DNA of 64,000 bases from Amphiscolops sp. MND2022 (Eukaryota). A model generated the notes under the pieces. It worked only from the letters and a program-made list of their open reading frames with translations, was not told the origin of the DNA and ran no database searches. Each line of letters starts with the position of its first letter. The stretch's first letter is position 1. Where the stretch lies: NCBI GenBank assembly GCA_964187785.1, contig OZ076409.1:9302001-9366000 (forward strand), read 5' to 3'. Below, piece after piece: positions 1 to 12,300 of this stretch. Made by a program: the position numbers and the translations under genes.

Positions 1-2012
1 GATAAAAGCTTCAACTTCTTTGACATTCTTCGGTGGCTGCAGCTGAAGAGTGTTTTTTGCAGCTGAAAAGTGTTTTTGAACGTGCTTCTGTTACGGCATT
101 ACTCCTTCCGATGAGAATTCGTAGCCCAGGAAGGATAACGTTGTCCAGAATGAAACGCCCTTGTCTTCATTCACTGTGAAGTTCGTTGCTGCCAGCCGTT
201 CTTTGACCGCATTGTATCTTTTCAGCAGTTCAACTTCGGTTACACCGAACAACAGGATATCGTCTTGATATGCGACGCAACCATCCAGTCCCTTGAGCAC
301 TTCCTCGATTGCTTGCTGTAAAATAGACGCTGCATGTTTCAGTCCTTGTTGTAACCTGGTGACTCGAAATAGGCCTCGGGTTGTGTTCACTAAACATATT
401 TCTTGCGAGTTTTCATCAAGGGAATTTGCCAATAAGCATTAGATAAATCATTTAGCGCCTGACACTTTTGAGAAAATGGTTTCAATACAAAGTAGACTTC
501 ACTATTAATTTTGCCATTTACATGTACTTTATAGTCAGCACACCTTCGCAGTTTATCACCTTTTTTCACACACACACAACCGGAGAACAGTTAACAACGC
601 CACAGGCTTCTACCGGTTCAAGGATTCCCAACAATAATAATTCATCAATTGTTTTATTAACAATGCGTTCAAGTGGCAAAGGTACCTTTCGTGCCGCGTA
701 AAACATTGGTTTAGCATCGGGTTTCAATTTAAATCAAGCTTTAGCACCTTCCACAGTTGGTAACTTTTAGGATACTTCCGCTTTGAAGCAACGTTCAAAA
801 AAATCTTTGCTATTAGTTAATATATCACGTCCCAATAAACCAAAATTTCTATCAGCATCAATAACAGCAATGTTTACATTAACTTGTTTGTTATTAGAAA
901 ACACCGTCGAGAAGAAAGCACCGAGATATTCCATTCTATGCTTGTAATATGTTTCAAGTCTAGTGTTCTTTTCTTCAAGTTCGGTTTCCCAATTTGCTTC
1001 CACAGCTTCTTTGAAATAAGCTTCAGTGATGCTCCAGTGTCTTTCATCATTGGTGTTTCTTTGTCATTCACTGGTATTTTCTCCATTGTACTAATCTTGA
1101 TATAGTCGGTATGTCCAATAAAAAGCGAATAGTCAGAGGGACTGTCATTGTTTTCTTCGGGATTGGCTTTTTCACCAACAAAATGATTCGTTTGTTTCTT
1201 CATCCGACACTTTTTTGCGGATTGGTTCGGCTTCTTGCAGTTGTGGAATGTTTTGCCGAAGGCCGGACAACTCCTTGGTTCATGCTTCGTTCCGAATTTT
1301 GGGCATTCTTGAGCTTTGTTGTGGAAACCGGTTGCACTTTTAACATTTCCTTTCGTAATTGACTGTTCCGCGTAAAGGAAACTGTTTGATTCGGTTCGTT
1401 CTGTTTGTTCACAAAATGTACGGTTTGTTCACGCTGCTGAATAACCGACAAAATGTCGTCTATTGTAGCGTCCGAATTTTGTTTAAGATGTTCCAACACT
1501 TTTAGTTTGTGTGCGGAATTTTGTAATTCAGCAATAAAGCGTAACTATCATGTAAGCTTCCGGGTCGGCAATATCTTTCAAATTACCGAACTCACAATAT
1601 CGTGCTGCTTCCTTTAGACGTGCCAGAAAATCACCCGATGATTCTCCATTCCTCAGGGTAAAAGCCACGAATTTCGTTTGTTCGGCAATAACAAGTCTTT
1701 TTCTCGCGTGCAGGTAATTTTCCAGTACCGTTTCAATTTCATTGAAAGCCATTGTTTCAACTTTTGTCGGCGCAACAAGCGATTTGACCTTCATAAGACT
1801 TTCCACACCACAACGGAAAAGAAATTGATTTGTTACTTGTAGATCGGCTGGTGTTCGTTCATCTGCTTTCTTTTCCTCCACGAACTATTTCCACCGAACG
1901 AACTGAATATAATATTCTCCCTTTCGGTTTAAATGAAATAATGGTAAGAAATCTGCTCTCTCTTCTGCAAAGAATTGTCAAATTTAAGGTGATTTTGGTG
2001 GCCTGGACACCA
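1..2012 (-). mobile_element. Truncated, frameshifted Ty3/gypsy LTR retrotransposon (gag, protease, RT), 3' part missing or outside window
   Basis: Minus-strand fragments in order: gag-like (1528-1881, FLARLKEAARYCEF), protease (MKDTGAS in 874-1203; GLLGRD in 767-1003), RT (CADYKVHVN, DLSNAYWQIPL, YQDDILL in 91-575). TGG-starting PBS-like sequence reads down from 2012. Confidence 0.85.
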
Positions 2013-2014
2013 TT

Positions 2015-2316
2015 TGTCGTAAAGTGGTTTTGAAAAGAATTCGTTGTAAACTCAGTTCAATTCAGGTTCTCAATTTTGTCGCGGTATCTTTTTTTATGAT
2101 CCGTACAAAACAGTATGTACTATTCAAAACAGTGACTACCGCCAGTTAAAATACAAGTCTATTATGTAAGAGTTTTCTCTGAGTTCTTTCTTTCACAAGT
2201 TCTCGGTAACGCATTTTGGAAGTCTCCATTCTTCGGCGTTTTGTAACCGAATCTCGGAACCAATAAAATTAGAGTAGCTTCTTCGGTTGCGAACGGTAGT
2301 TGTTGACCGAATAACA
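2015..2316 (-). repeat. Candidate 5' LTR of the truncated gypsy element
   Basis: TGT...ACA bounded segment adjacent to the PBS-like TGGTGTCC. No second copy in the window, so the outer boundary is a guess. Confidence 0.35.
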
Positions 2317-2379
2317 TCAAGTAACGATGACGTCATCACATTCATCACGGACAATGTGACACTCAAATGCGCTACTACA

Positions 2380-2986
2380 CACCACTCTCTCAAGACAAAT
2401 TTGAAACCGACGCCAGTGGCACAAATATATACCACTAGCAGTGCTCAAGTATAACACTACATATCATTCTAGTATTGGATGTGAGCCATGTAAAGTATTT
2501 CATGGAAGCATTCCTTACAACGTTCTAGACCTTAAACTTGGGATTAACTTCAACAGAAACGCTTTGCAAACGACTCATTTTGCAGAGGAATTAGTGCAAC
2601 AGACTCACATACTAATTGAAAAGACAAAGCAAAAAATCATACAGTCTTACCTGAAGTTTGAAGAATTTTACGACAGGAAAGCCAAAGCGGCACTGCTTAA
2701 AGAAAAGGGTTTTTGCTTCATATTACAATCGAAAGCAGTTAACCAAGGCTCAAAACTACCATTCCGGGATTACGCATGGATCGGACCCTGTCTCTTTGAA
2801 AAGGTATTGTCTAATGATAATAATATAGTGTGTCGATTGAATACCAACAAAACACTGATCCTACACCGTATCAGACTCAAAAAAGTTGTCCCAAACACTC
2901 CATTAGAGGACAAATATAGTAAAGAGGATAAACAGCCGGAAGAAGATATAGTAATACCGCAAGACAACCTGTATACTTTTTATTAG
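2380..2986 (+). pseudogene. Integrase C-terminal fragment of the A/D gypsy family
   Basis: NTTYHSSIGCEPCKVFHG...YDRKAKA...LHRIRLKK aligns by eye with integrases at 14215-15060 and 60952-61854. Confidence 0.85.
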
Positions 2987-3947
2987 AAAATTATGTCTTG
3001 GGAGCTCCAAAGAGACCGTCCGAGCAGCAAACGTTTGTCGAGATGAAAAACGTAGAGGCAATACCTCCTAGACTTAAACATGCGGCGACATTCTTACTTC
3101 CTGAACTCATAGACTAGCTTGCGCTAAATTTACCAGTAATTATTCGGCCAATGAAAGCGAACTGAGTGTTTCAATTATGGGTTAGAAACTTGATTGATTG
3201 GTCACAAACTTGGTGGTTACTGCAGCTACACTTGCGGACAAACTGTTGGGAAGCTTTATTGCATCGAAATTCGATACCGCCTCTGCATCTGGAAAGATAG
3301 CTTTCCGAAACCCTTTTCCGATAGCTTTTTACCCGAAACCGCAAAAGTAATTTCAAACAAAAGTGATTCCACAGATAGAAGTAACCTTCGTTGATATTGA
3401 TAACATGGATGACAACTGTAAGGAGTAGAGTCCGTATGATCCTTGAGATCACAGGCGGACCTAGAGTCCTTCTTTGTAATTTTTGTGTTTGAATTTTTCC
3501 ACAGTATTCCAATACCATTCTCATTTAACCTTTAGTTGATCAGGAAAATTTTGGATTCTTACAAAAATCGGGTGCTCAAATTTTGAACCTGCACTGGCTC
3601 CGGACAATGCGCCAAGACTTTGCACGCGTCGTGTCTCTGATTGCTTTCCAACACGTGTCAAATCATGCTGGAGCCGCTTTGACCCAATGTTGATACCGGT
3701 AGGATAAAAGGGCCACAAACAAAAACTGGAAAAACGGAAAGTCTGCACTCAATTTTTTTTTTAATTTTTTGGTCCCATTTCGGAGAACATTTCGGATTTC
3801 GGAGACATAAAGTCAATGTTCCGCGAAAAGGCGTCGATTGCTATGCAATATCGTCTGAACATCTTATTCAAGAGTTTTCTTTACCATACAATCAGCTGGT
3901 GCGTTTAGAATTTGCAGAAACCAAATGTGCCGAAATTGGCACAGTGG

Positions 3948-4342
3948 TCAAGTTAAAGTTAAGGACGTACACGGCTCGACACCATGCTGGGACAAAGGCA
4001 ATTTTTCCACCATGTGGTCAATCATGGTCTCCATTTCACGAGACATTCTAGCCTTTATTTCACCTGACAGCATATTAATTGACTCCATTAGTCTGCCTTC
4101 CCTAACAGGTTCATTCCTGTTACTGATGTCTCTGATCTTTTTTTCTTGAGACGATTTCTCTCTGTTTGGAAAAGACTGAAAGTCATGCGGCATCTCTGGG
4201 CCATTAATGAGACCATCTAATTCTCTTTCTATGGAATTTGAATTTCTGTCACCTAACATTACGTCCATGTTACCATAATCGCATAACATTTCTAATTGTC
4301 TTGTTTTTCTGGCTTTCGCCTTTTGTCTTTGGTTGAAGGCAT
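3948..4342 (-). pseudogene. Probable gag N-terminal relic (basic N-terminus plus coiled coil) of a related LTR element
   Basis: MPSTKRQK... basic start, frameshift, then a helical SIERELD...EMETMID segment; organisation resembles the LTR-encoded gag start of A (SLERELS). Confidence 0.4.
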
Positions 4343-5640
4343 GAAGATCTGTACAGGATTAAAACCTTAAAATGTTCCTGTAACTTGTTATTTCAACTTT
4401 GGGTCAATCAATTCAGTTGAATCGTATCAGGTTACTGCAAAATTATGATTATTCTCTGTCAGTCCGACGTGGGTATATATAACCAAGTGGGCATGACACG
4501 GAAGATTGTTATCGTCATGATGTCAAAAAAGATTAAATCTAAATATAGCTACTTCCCAAAATTCTGAAAATAAAACATAAAGTCACTTTGACTAACAGGG
4601 AGGCACGAATAAAGGTTATCGTGCTGAGCACAGTTGGTGGGGGGGGGGTGACGTGTGGCCTATTATGGCCTTTAAAACAAAGCAAATGAACAGGATCAAT
4701 TTTTTATGTCAGTATTTCACGCGTGATGAGACCAACTTGGCTTACGGCCTTGCTGGGCTTTTTGTTTTGTAGCAAAGGGGACAGTCTAAAATGACTGTAA
4801 TGGTTATATTTTGAAATATGCTCGGTCAGAAAATTAGTAAAAGTAGGGCTTTATTTTCACACAACTTTTTAAATTCACATTTTCATTGACTAACATCGCA
4901 CTAATGATTGATTAAGAAATAGGACCGACAAAGCCGCATAGCCTTGTCCGTCAATTTTCATTGAATATTAGCACTGCACTATAATTCAAAGCAACGGTGT
5001 TTAAATGAAAGGTCCTGATTGGCTAGTCCGTCCAGGACGGCTATGCTAGCTATACTGAGCAGGCAAACATTTGAACTCGTTTCCTTTCTGCCTGTCAGTA
5101 TAGCTTGCTGTCAAATATTAAACACAAAAAAACCATGATATTTACCTGTATTAAGAACAGTATAAATACCATACATAAGTGTTTCAAAATAGTATTAGCA
5201 GTTTTGAAAGTTTTTCTGTAATGTGTTCCCAGTAGGGCGTGTTGCCGGCTCGGGTCATATGTGTAGAAATTGTCATCGCAGGCGGCAGCCTGCGACAACA
5301 ATCGTGATTCAGCTTCAATTTGAACAGAGCGTTCAACGAAGGTTTGACTGTTTGTTGAAAAACTATGAATATTTGCGGAAGCCCTAGCTTGGATGGATTG
5401 CCGTGAACAGCTTTATTGGACACATTAGACTGCAATTTTTCAACACATTTCTTCTTCAAATATCAAATACGTTCTATGCTGTTGAGATTAGATAATCAAA
5501 TGAGCGTTTCCTGAAACAAAAGAAATTCATTTTTAAATCTGTTTTCCTGATCTTTGTCGGAGGTTTCAGGAATATAACAGCTACCAATTCTTCAAACAGC
5601 TGAAAAAACATGAAAAATAACTGAAGAATTTCTATTGTGC

Positions 5641-7131
5641 TGTGATAATCCTCTTGTGTGCGGTCCTCATTTATGACCACAGAGTCATTTAGATCGATGT
5701 TTTGTATACTCAAAGGTTGTATTGGCGTTCTAAGTTCATTCATGTTAGATGGCCTGAAAGGATTATCCTTTATTTCACATTCTTGATTTTCTGGGTCAGA
5801 TGCGTTTTCTTCACCGTCCTCATTACTTGTTTATTTCGCGATTCCTGCTCTAGGGGTGTTTCATTCTCGGCATCGTCTGTTTGGTACAGACTGTGTTTTC
5901 CTGTTATTTTTCATTTCTTTCAATATTTTCTCTAACTTCTCATCCATTTCTTTTCTTATGTTTGCTACTTCTTTGTTCGTTTTATCTAATATTCTTCGGG
6001 TCAAGCTTTGCACTTCATTTTCATTCTGTGTTCCACTGTCTAGAGCTATTTCTTCGTCCCTAACTGAACTGACATTTTCAAAGTTACTTGAAGTTTCGAT
6101 AAGAGTTTCATTACCTTGTGATGTTTCTATTTCGGATGTGCTCAACTCTCTCTCAAGCGAGGGTGACTGTCCTCGTCTAGATCTTCTATTCCTCTTGTTA
6201 CCCATTTTAATCAGGTTGAAATGCTGTTTTGGAGAGAAAAATTTCAATTCGAATGGTGAGCAAAGTAAAATTAGGTTGAAATAAAGTTGAAAAAAATGCG
6301 CATAATGTTAAGTTATCAAAGTTGAAACAAAGGTTGTGAGGATTAAAAGAAAGTTCTGATCAGTCTGAAAGTTTTCTGTTGAATGAATAATATTGGGTTT
6401 CTTACTCTCCTTTTTGATTTGAGCTAAATTTAGCAGCATGACAACCAATTTTTGGAATGCCATGGTTACATCACGATTATGTAATCACTAAAATTAGTAC
6501 CCAATTTAATATAAAAATAGGTTTGTAAGTTACATCACTTCTATAAATAGATTCCTGCATGACGAATATTTTCCTGCATTTTGATTGGTCATCACACTAA
6601 CTGTACCAATCCGTTCATCATTAAAGAGAAAACTGTGGCAACACGTAGTATGACTCATATGTAATGCAAGTATCAATTTCAACATAGTGTAGCATGTATG
6701 ATTAAGTCAACGTAATGAGTCATGCACTTGAAAGATAGAGTTGAAAAATGTGATATTGTACTGCATTATGCTGCAAACGTAGTGCGGCAGATTATTTCAA
6801 ATATTAAAGTCCTTATGCATTAATGCATCGTACAAATCATGTATAATTTATTCATTTCACTACAAATTGTGTTAAGCAGTATTATACATCAAATATGTTA
6901 ACACCTTTCAACATTTGGTGAATTGTTCATGAATAGATATTACTTTACAAGTACAGTTAACTAGAATAGCAAACAAATTCAAACGATGCTGGTGTACAAA
7001 GGTCATATATGAATTCATACAAAACAAGGTTCAAGAAGTAAGGAGTTTTCTTCAGTTTGAAATAGTACATGGGCGAGTCATTTGCCTCTATCGCTGCTCT
7101 ACGGGTCCAACACAAGCTCTAGGCTGTGACA
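5641..7131 (-). repeat. 3' LTR of element A (contains a copy of the gag 5' end, ATG at 6205)
   Basis: Highly similar to 20887-22358; bounded by the TSD. Confidence 0.95.
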
Positions 7132-8150
7132 GGCCAGCATTTTTAAAGCAAATGAGTGCAGCCTCGAACCCATCTAGCCCATGACCTGATGTTCCGGTCT
7201 CGCACTGTTTCACCTGGGTATTCAGTCGTAGCTGTATAGGCCATCAGAGCATCAAGGGCAACTTCGTCGTAAGTCCTGCCGCACCAGTGACAATTCCCCT
7301 GAACATGAGGCATAACAGGAGGGTTAAGTTGCCTTCGTAAGGGGTTCCTCTGTTGTTGTGCGTTGTTGTCACTCCGAGCAGGACCCACACCAGCCGTCTC
7401 TATATTGCTATGAGTGCCTTGGGTGTCCAGGTACGACTTACCATTGGCGTTATAATAATATGCAACATTGACAGGCCCACTTGGGTGCAATATTTCTGTG
7501 CTTGGGTTGTATTGGGGTTGTGTCATGTTTTGAGCAGCCAAGTTTGGAAAATGGAGTTGAGCGACGGGCATACCGAACTGGCTTACCGTAGGTGTTTGCA
7601 GTATTCCTCCCCCGTTATATGGGCGAGTGTAGTCCGGTTGGGAAATCTCATGTGGAATTACCACGGGGGTATTTGGTATGGGTCTGATCGGCCCATTTCC
7701 TTGGGCGACAGTTGAAGCGATATTGCTGTCAGTATTAGGCCGCATAGATATTTGGCTTGCTGGTCTTTCAGCTCTTACAGGCAGAACAGCCAACACAGGT
7801 CTACCATAATTGTTTCTAGGGACATTTGCGAAGTTGGCATTTGAAAGCAATTCTTCACTATTGCTTCCACTCGATTCGAAGAATGAAATCGGTGAAATGT
7901 TAGGCAATTCAGTATCTTCTGAGATCATGCTCAGTATCTCCCTCTCGATATCAGTACCTGTGATATCAATCACAGATCCTTCTCTCGACTCAGGTTCGCT
8001 TACGGCGAACAATCTTGCAGCATCCCCATTTACGATTGCGGTCATGGGGTCATTAACTGGTCCCCCGATTCTGAATCTCAGGTCTATGAGTTCTGAGTTG
8101 GGTTGTTCCATGAGAAACTCCTCCCCAGAATTGCTCGAAATATTTATCAA
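7088..8150 (-). CDS. ORF X of element A: orphan protein, disordered N-terminus, conserved CxxC-containing C-terminal domain, one late frameshift, ends inside the 3' LTR
   Basis: 335-aa ORF 7143-8150; homologous to 53888-54679 (FANV.RN.YGRP; NPPVMP.V.G.CxxC; EYP.ET.RDRN.RS). The shifted frame gives CFKNAGLSQPRACVGPVEQR-stop at 7088. Confidence 0.8.
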
Positions 8151-8399
8151 CCCGGGAGAATTTGTAAAACAGAACGCATATCTTCGTCGATTGTGAAGAC
8201 GTGAGAGTTTTTTGGATATCTATTGTCCATTTGAGCTTGAAATTAGCAACTGATTCCTTTCGTGAAAATTCGTAGAATAAAAAGTTTTCACTCCTTTCCA
8301 GTTTGCGAGTGTTTTCCCGGGTTTTAGGGGTGTTGTAAACAATTCTCGGTGTCATCTTTCTTCTAGTTTGTAGTTCCCCGGCAATTCCGTAAGGCGCGT

Positions 8400-9310
8400 A
8401 GGGTTATATTCTTACTTCCTCGTTCAAATAGCTCCATAACAAAATGTACTTCATCTTATGATTTCCATTTATGGAGGACAAAGGCATCAACATTTTCATT
8501 TAGGATGATAAGAGACGACAAACGATTGTAAACAAATATATATGAAGACTTACATGACAAATTTTAACAACTCAATTTTGTATTATGAATTTTGCAAATT
8601 TCTATGAAATTTCACATGCAGTTTTGAGTCAAGCAATTGAGAATATTTAGCAGTGAACAATTCATGAAAGTAAAGTTTCCGTGTGAATGCGCGTTTTAAA
8701 TGGTATAGGATTTCTCAAAAGATCAAGTACATATTCCTCCATCTTCTATTTCTGTCCCATATTGTTTATTTTAGCATCATGACGTCAACTGAATGATACA
8801 CTGTTATCTTCATAACAGTAAAACGATGCATGGGGTCATGAGATGTTGTTTCCTTTTAGGTCAACACCAGTTCAAATTGTACTGCAAGATGCATTTCACT
8901 TTGCGCTTTTCTTCGAACTGCCACTAGGGGGCGGCGCATCATGCGTATGTAAATGAATTCATTTATGCTGTATCGAGTACCAATCTCGCTGGCAGGTTTG
9001 ATCGGTTTCCAAAAATTTCAGCCAATCAGCGCGCAGCATTTGCGCAAATATGTTAATGTAATTTGTTCAGCCGAAAGCCACGCAGCACCTTTTGCTTGTT
9101 TATCGTGTCTGTTTTGGTCAGTTTCCTAGTCATTTCGTCAACTCTCTCTTTCTTTTCAAACTTTTAAATTCCCAGTTTTGCTCATTTTTCTATTTTTAAT
9201 TAGTTTCAAGTTCAGTTATTTCTTCCGATTTTGATACCATAGTCAGACAAACTATTTAATTCTTCATCGTTTTAACATTCATTTGTTTCCAACAATTTTC
9301 TTATCCTGGA
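8400..9310. promoter_or_regulatory. Putative internal divergent promoter region between ORF X and the antisense gene
   Basis: Non-coding gap between two head-to-head ORFs; contains TGACGTCA (~8780), CCACTAGGGGGCGGC (8921-8935) and AGCCAATCAG (~9020). Confidence 0.45.
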
Positions 9311-9311
9311 G

Positions 9312-12300
9312 ATGGTACGCTCTCGAAGTTCTTCCTGGCGGCGGAAAGCATCACCCTCAGTAAGAAGTCATCAGAATCAGCTGATTGCAGGACATTCAAC
9401 ACTGCTACAACATGCGGTAAGCTTGAATTTTGGTTGATTTTTCTGATTGAACTCAGACAGTATTTTCTTTTCTTTGTGACGTCACCGATTTTTGAAAATG
9501 CGAGTGGGCCAGACTCACATTTATTGTTGACTATCTTTCGATTTGTCAATTTCCGGTTTCCAAGTTTTAAGCGGAAATACTAATTGTTTTTTGTTTCAGA
9601 TTCTTCCCCAGCTAAACCGAAACGCAGTGCTGTTAATCCTTCCAAAGCCAATAAAGCTCCAGTAACTCAGCGATCCTTGCTGTTGCGTAGGTGGTCTCGA
9701 AAGCCACAAATAAGCGAAAGTGGTGTCCCGCCGCAGTTAATTCCGCAATTCCTCATAGAAGACAATCTCAATGAGTTTGTTGATCCAGTGGAAAGCGACA
9801 AAGCTGCAGAACTAGCGGAAACTGGAGGTGCGAGTGATTGGGCTCATCGAGAAGTAAACTCTCTTATTAATGCACCAGTGGGGGGCCTCTTACCCAGTAC
9901 TTCTTTTACCACCATTCCCTGTTCACCACGTTTAGATCAAGTTCACACTACAACTCAAAACTCTCCTTTACCAGCTTCCATTGGTAAAAGCGTCTCTCCT
10001 TTTACGAAATTTTTGACTAATTCTCCAGTTCAGGGAGATAATTCAGTCACATCTCCTGTTTCGAAGAACAGGAACACCGGGGCCTTGGAATCGCCACCCA
10101 TCACTGCCACCAGTCCCGGAGACGTCGGAGAAACGAGGCTCGAGCGCATATTGGCGGAAGCTGCAGAGGAAGCGGGCAATAAGGTCTCTTCTCGAGTAAC
10201 CAATCGCGAGGAACACAGTGGTTTATCTAGCCCGGACGGAATGGAGTCTTCACAAGCGACCAGCAAAGCGCTGAAAACCAAGGCTGCCATACAAGGGACT
10301 AAGCCAAGTGGTGAACCCAATGGTAACTCCTCTGGTTCAGACTCTAGCTTTAACTCTGAATCTTCATCTGGTCTCTCTTCGGCTGAAGAAATGGAATCGC
10401 CAGACCCCAAAACTTCGAAATGCAAGAAACAGCCCACTACCACAATGACTACATACAAAAGAGCTAAACCACGATATGTGCTAGCAGGATGGAAGTATCA
10501 TAAACATCCTATCTTGAAATTCTTTGCGACTGCACCCGCCGACGCTGCCAGATATCCACACAAATACAGGTGTCGGGTTTGCCAAGTGGAACTGTCTCTG
10601 ATGACAAAAAGTCCAATAGAGATATTACATCATTATCGCACAGATGCCCACCTCATCAAGGAGCACAGGATAAGAATGGAGACACCAGGGCTTCCCCTGT
10701 TTGATAGAGACTGTAAAGAACTCAGCGGGATGGCCCAAAAGTTGCCCCGAAACTCGGAGATTACTATTTACGGATAGGTCAGCAAGATCAAACTGAGGCC
10801 ATTAACACAGATGATCCCAGTAAAGAGATATTGTCCCTGTTGAACTTGCTCAAGATGGGGCTCATGCGGGGGGGTCAGCTCGAAACAATGATTGCACTTT
10901 GGCATGATCTGGTTAGGGAGACGAAAACGACCGAGCCTATTGTACAACACGACTGGCGGCCTCATCGAGTCCTTGTAATTATTTGTCTGCTGTAAAACTT
11001 AAGAGTTGTTTAAGGTCCATCTTTCATTGTTCGTCAGACATCTCCTTCTTTTCAGGGACTTCTAACCTACATGTTTCGGGAGCTGTTATCATTCTGCATA
11101 ACGTCCATCGAGAGATCCGGGAGCTACTCCCTCAGGATTACAGAGTGTGGCGGAGTGACCCGGCTTTTTGTACACTTTTGAGCAGACAATTCGATGTATG
11201 GGCTTTGTATCGGAGTGTTTCCAGGGCGATTATGCCCCCTGGCTATCTTCTCTCCCTATTGAGTGGTTTCTTCGCGCTAGTTGAGAAAGATGTCCACCTG
11301 CTGTTCCTCACAGGCTTCGATCCCAGGATCACTTGGACTGTGTCACGGGCGTTACCACAGCGTAGAAGAATATGTTCAACCCCTAAATTCGACGCGGAAG
11401 ATCTGGAACGCACGATGTTAGACCCTTCGGTGCAGATTCTCGATCGGTTTGACTTCAGAAGTCTTCTAGACTTCCTTCTAATGCAGCTTCGATCTGCTTG
11501 TGACAGCTCATGGATGTCATCTTTTCCAGATTTTCAACATGTTGGTACCTCCTCATTACATTTACACAATTCTTTTGTTTTCCTCAGTTTTTTAAGGTGC
11601 TCTGAAGATATTTTGATCCAATTTTCCTGTTGTTAGGCCGCCTTTCCGGGTTTCATAAGTCTTCCCTGATAGGAGCCAAATTTTGCGAATTCTGGGGGAT
11701 TTCGAGATTATAGTGGATTTTTCTTTCAACAGAGACCTTGTATGTTGTTTTGCAGCATTTTTAATCTTTTTCGGATCTCGGATAGATATTAATTTCTTTC
11801 TATGCTGTTGAAGGTTTGCGGCACAATGCAGCATAATTAGGTCATTCGTTCTATTTTTTATCAACATTTTGACTCATTACGTAATATGATTAGTCACGAG
11901 TTACTATTCTAGTGTTTCCAAATTTTTGAACGTGCATAACTAGTAATCACATTGACTTCTTCCAGTTCCTTTTCTTCATCTTTTTTTAATGCACGTGATC
12001 TTTAAACTCTGTTTCTTCATTGATTCACTTGGTTTGTTGTACTTTAGACTGTCACTGCTCTGGATAACGATATTCCTCGTGCTGTTGAAATAATGGACCA
12101 TTTGATTACGAACTGGGACAAAGTGCTACAACATTTGAAGTGCAGCAGGAGAATTCCAATGTACCGGTCCCATATGCAGGAGGTTTGTATTCTATACTTT
12201 ATTTTATTTATCTTTCAATCTGTTCCGCGCTGTTTCTGTTCATAAACTGTACAGGTACCTTTAGGGAACAATCTCTCAATCTCATTTGTTTCAGCCTTCT

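Noticed and set aside
5020..5052. CCGTCC-A-GGACGG hairpin followed by CTAG as a Helitron 3' end
   Set aside because: Not followed by T, no 5' end or second copy identifiable; insufficient support.
5856..6284. Hydrophobic plus-strand ORFs here and other short ORFs opposite gag/pol (e.g. 48317-48802, 16467-16838)
   Set aside because: Shadow frames of A-rich or codon-biased coding strands; no independent motifs.
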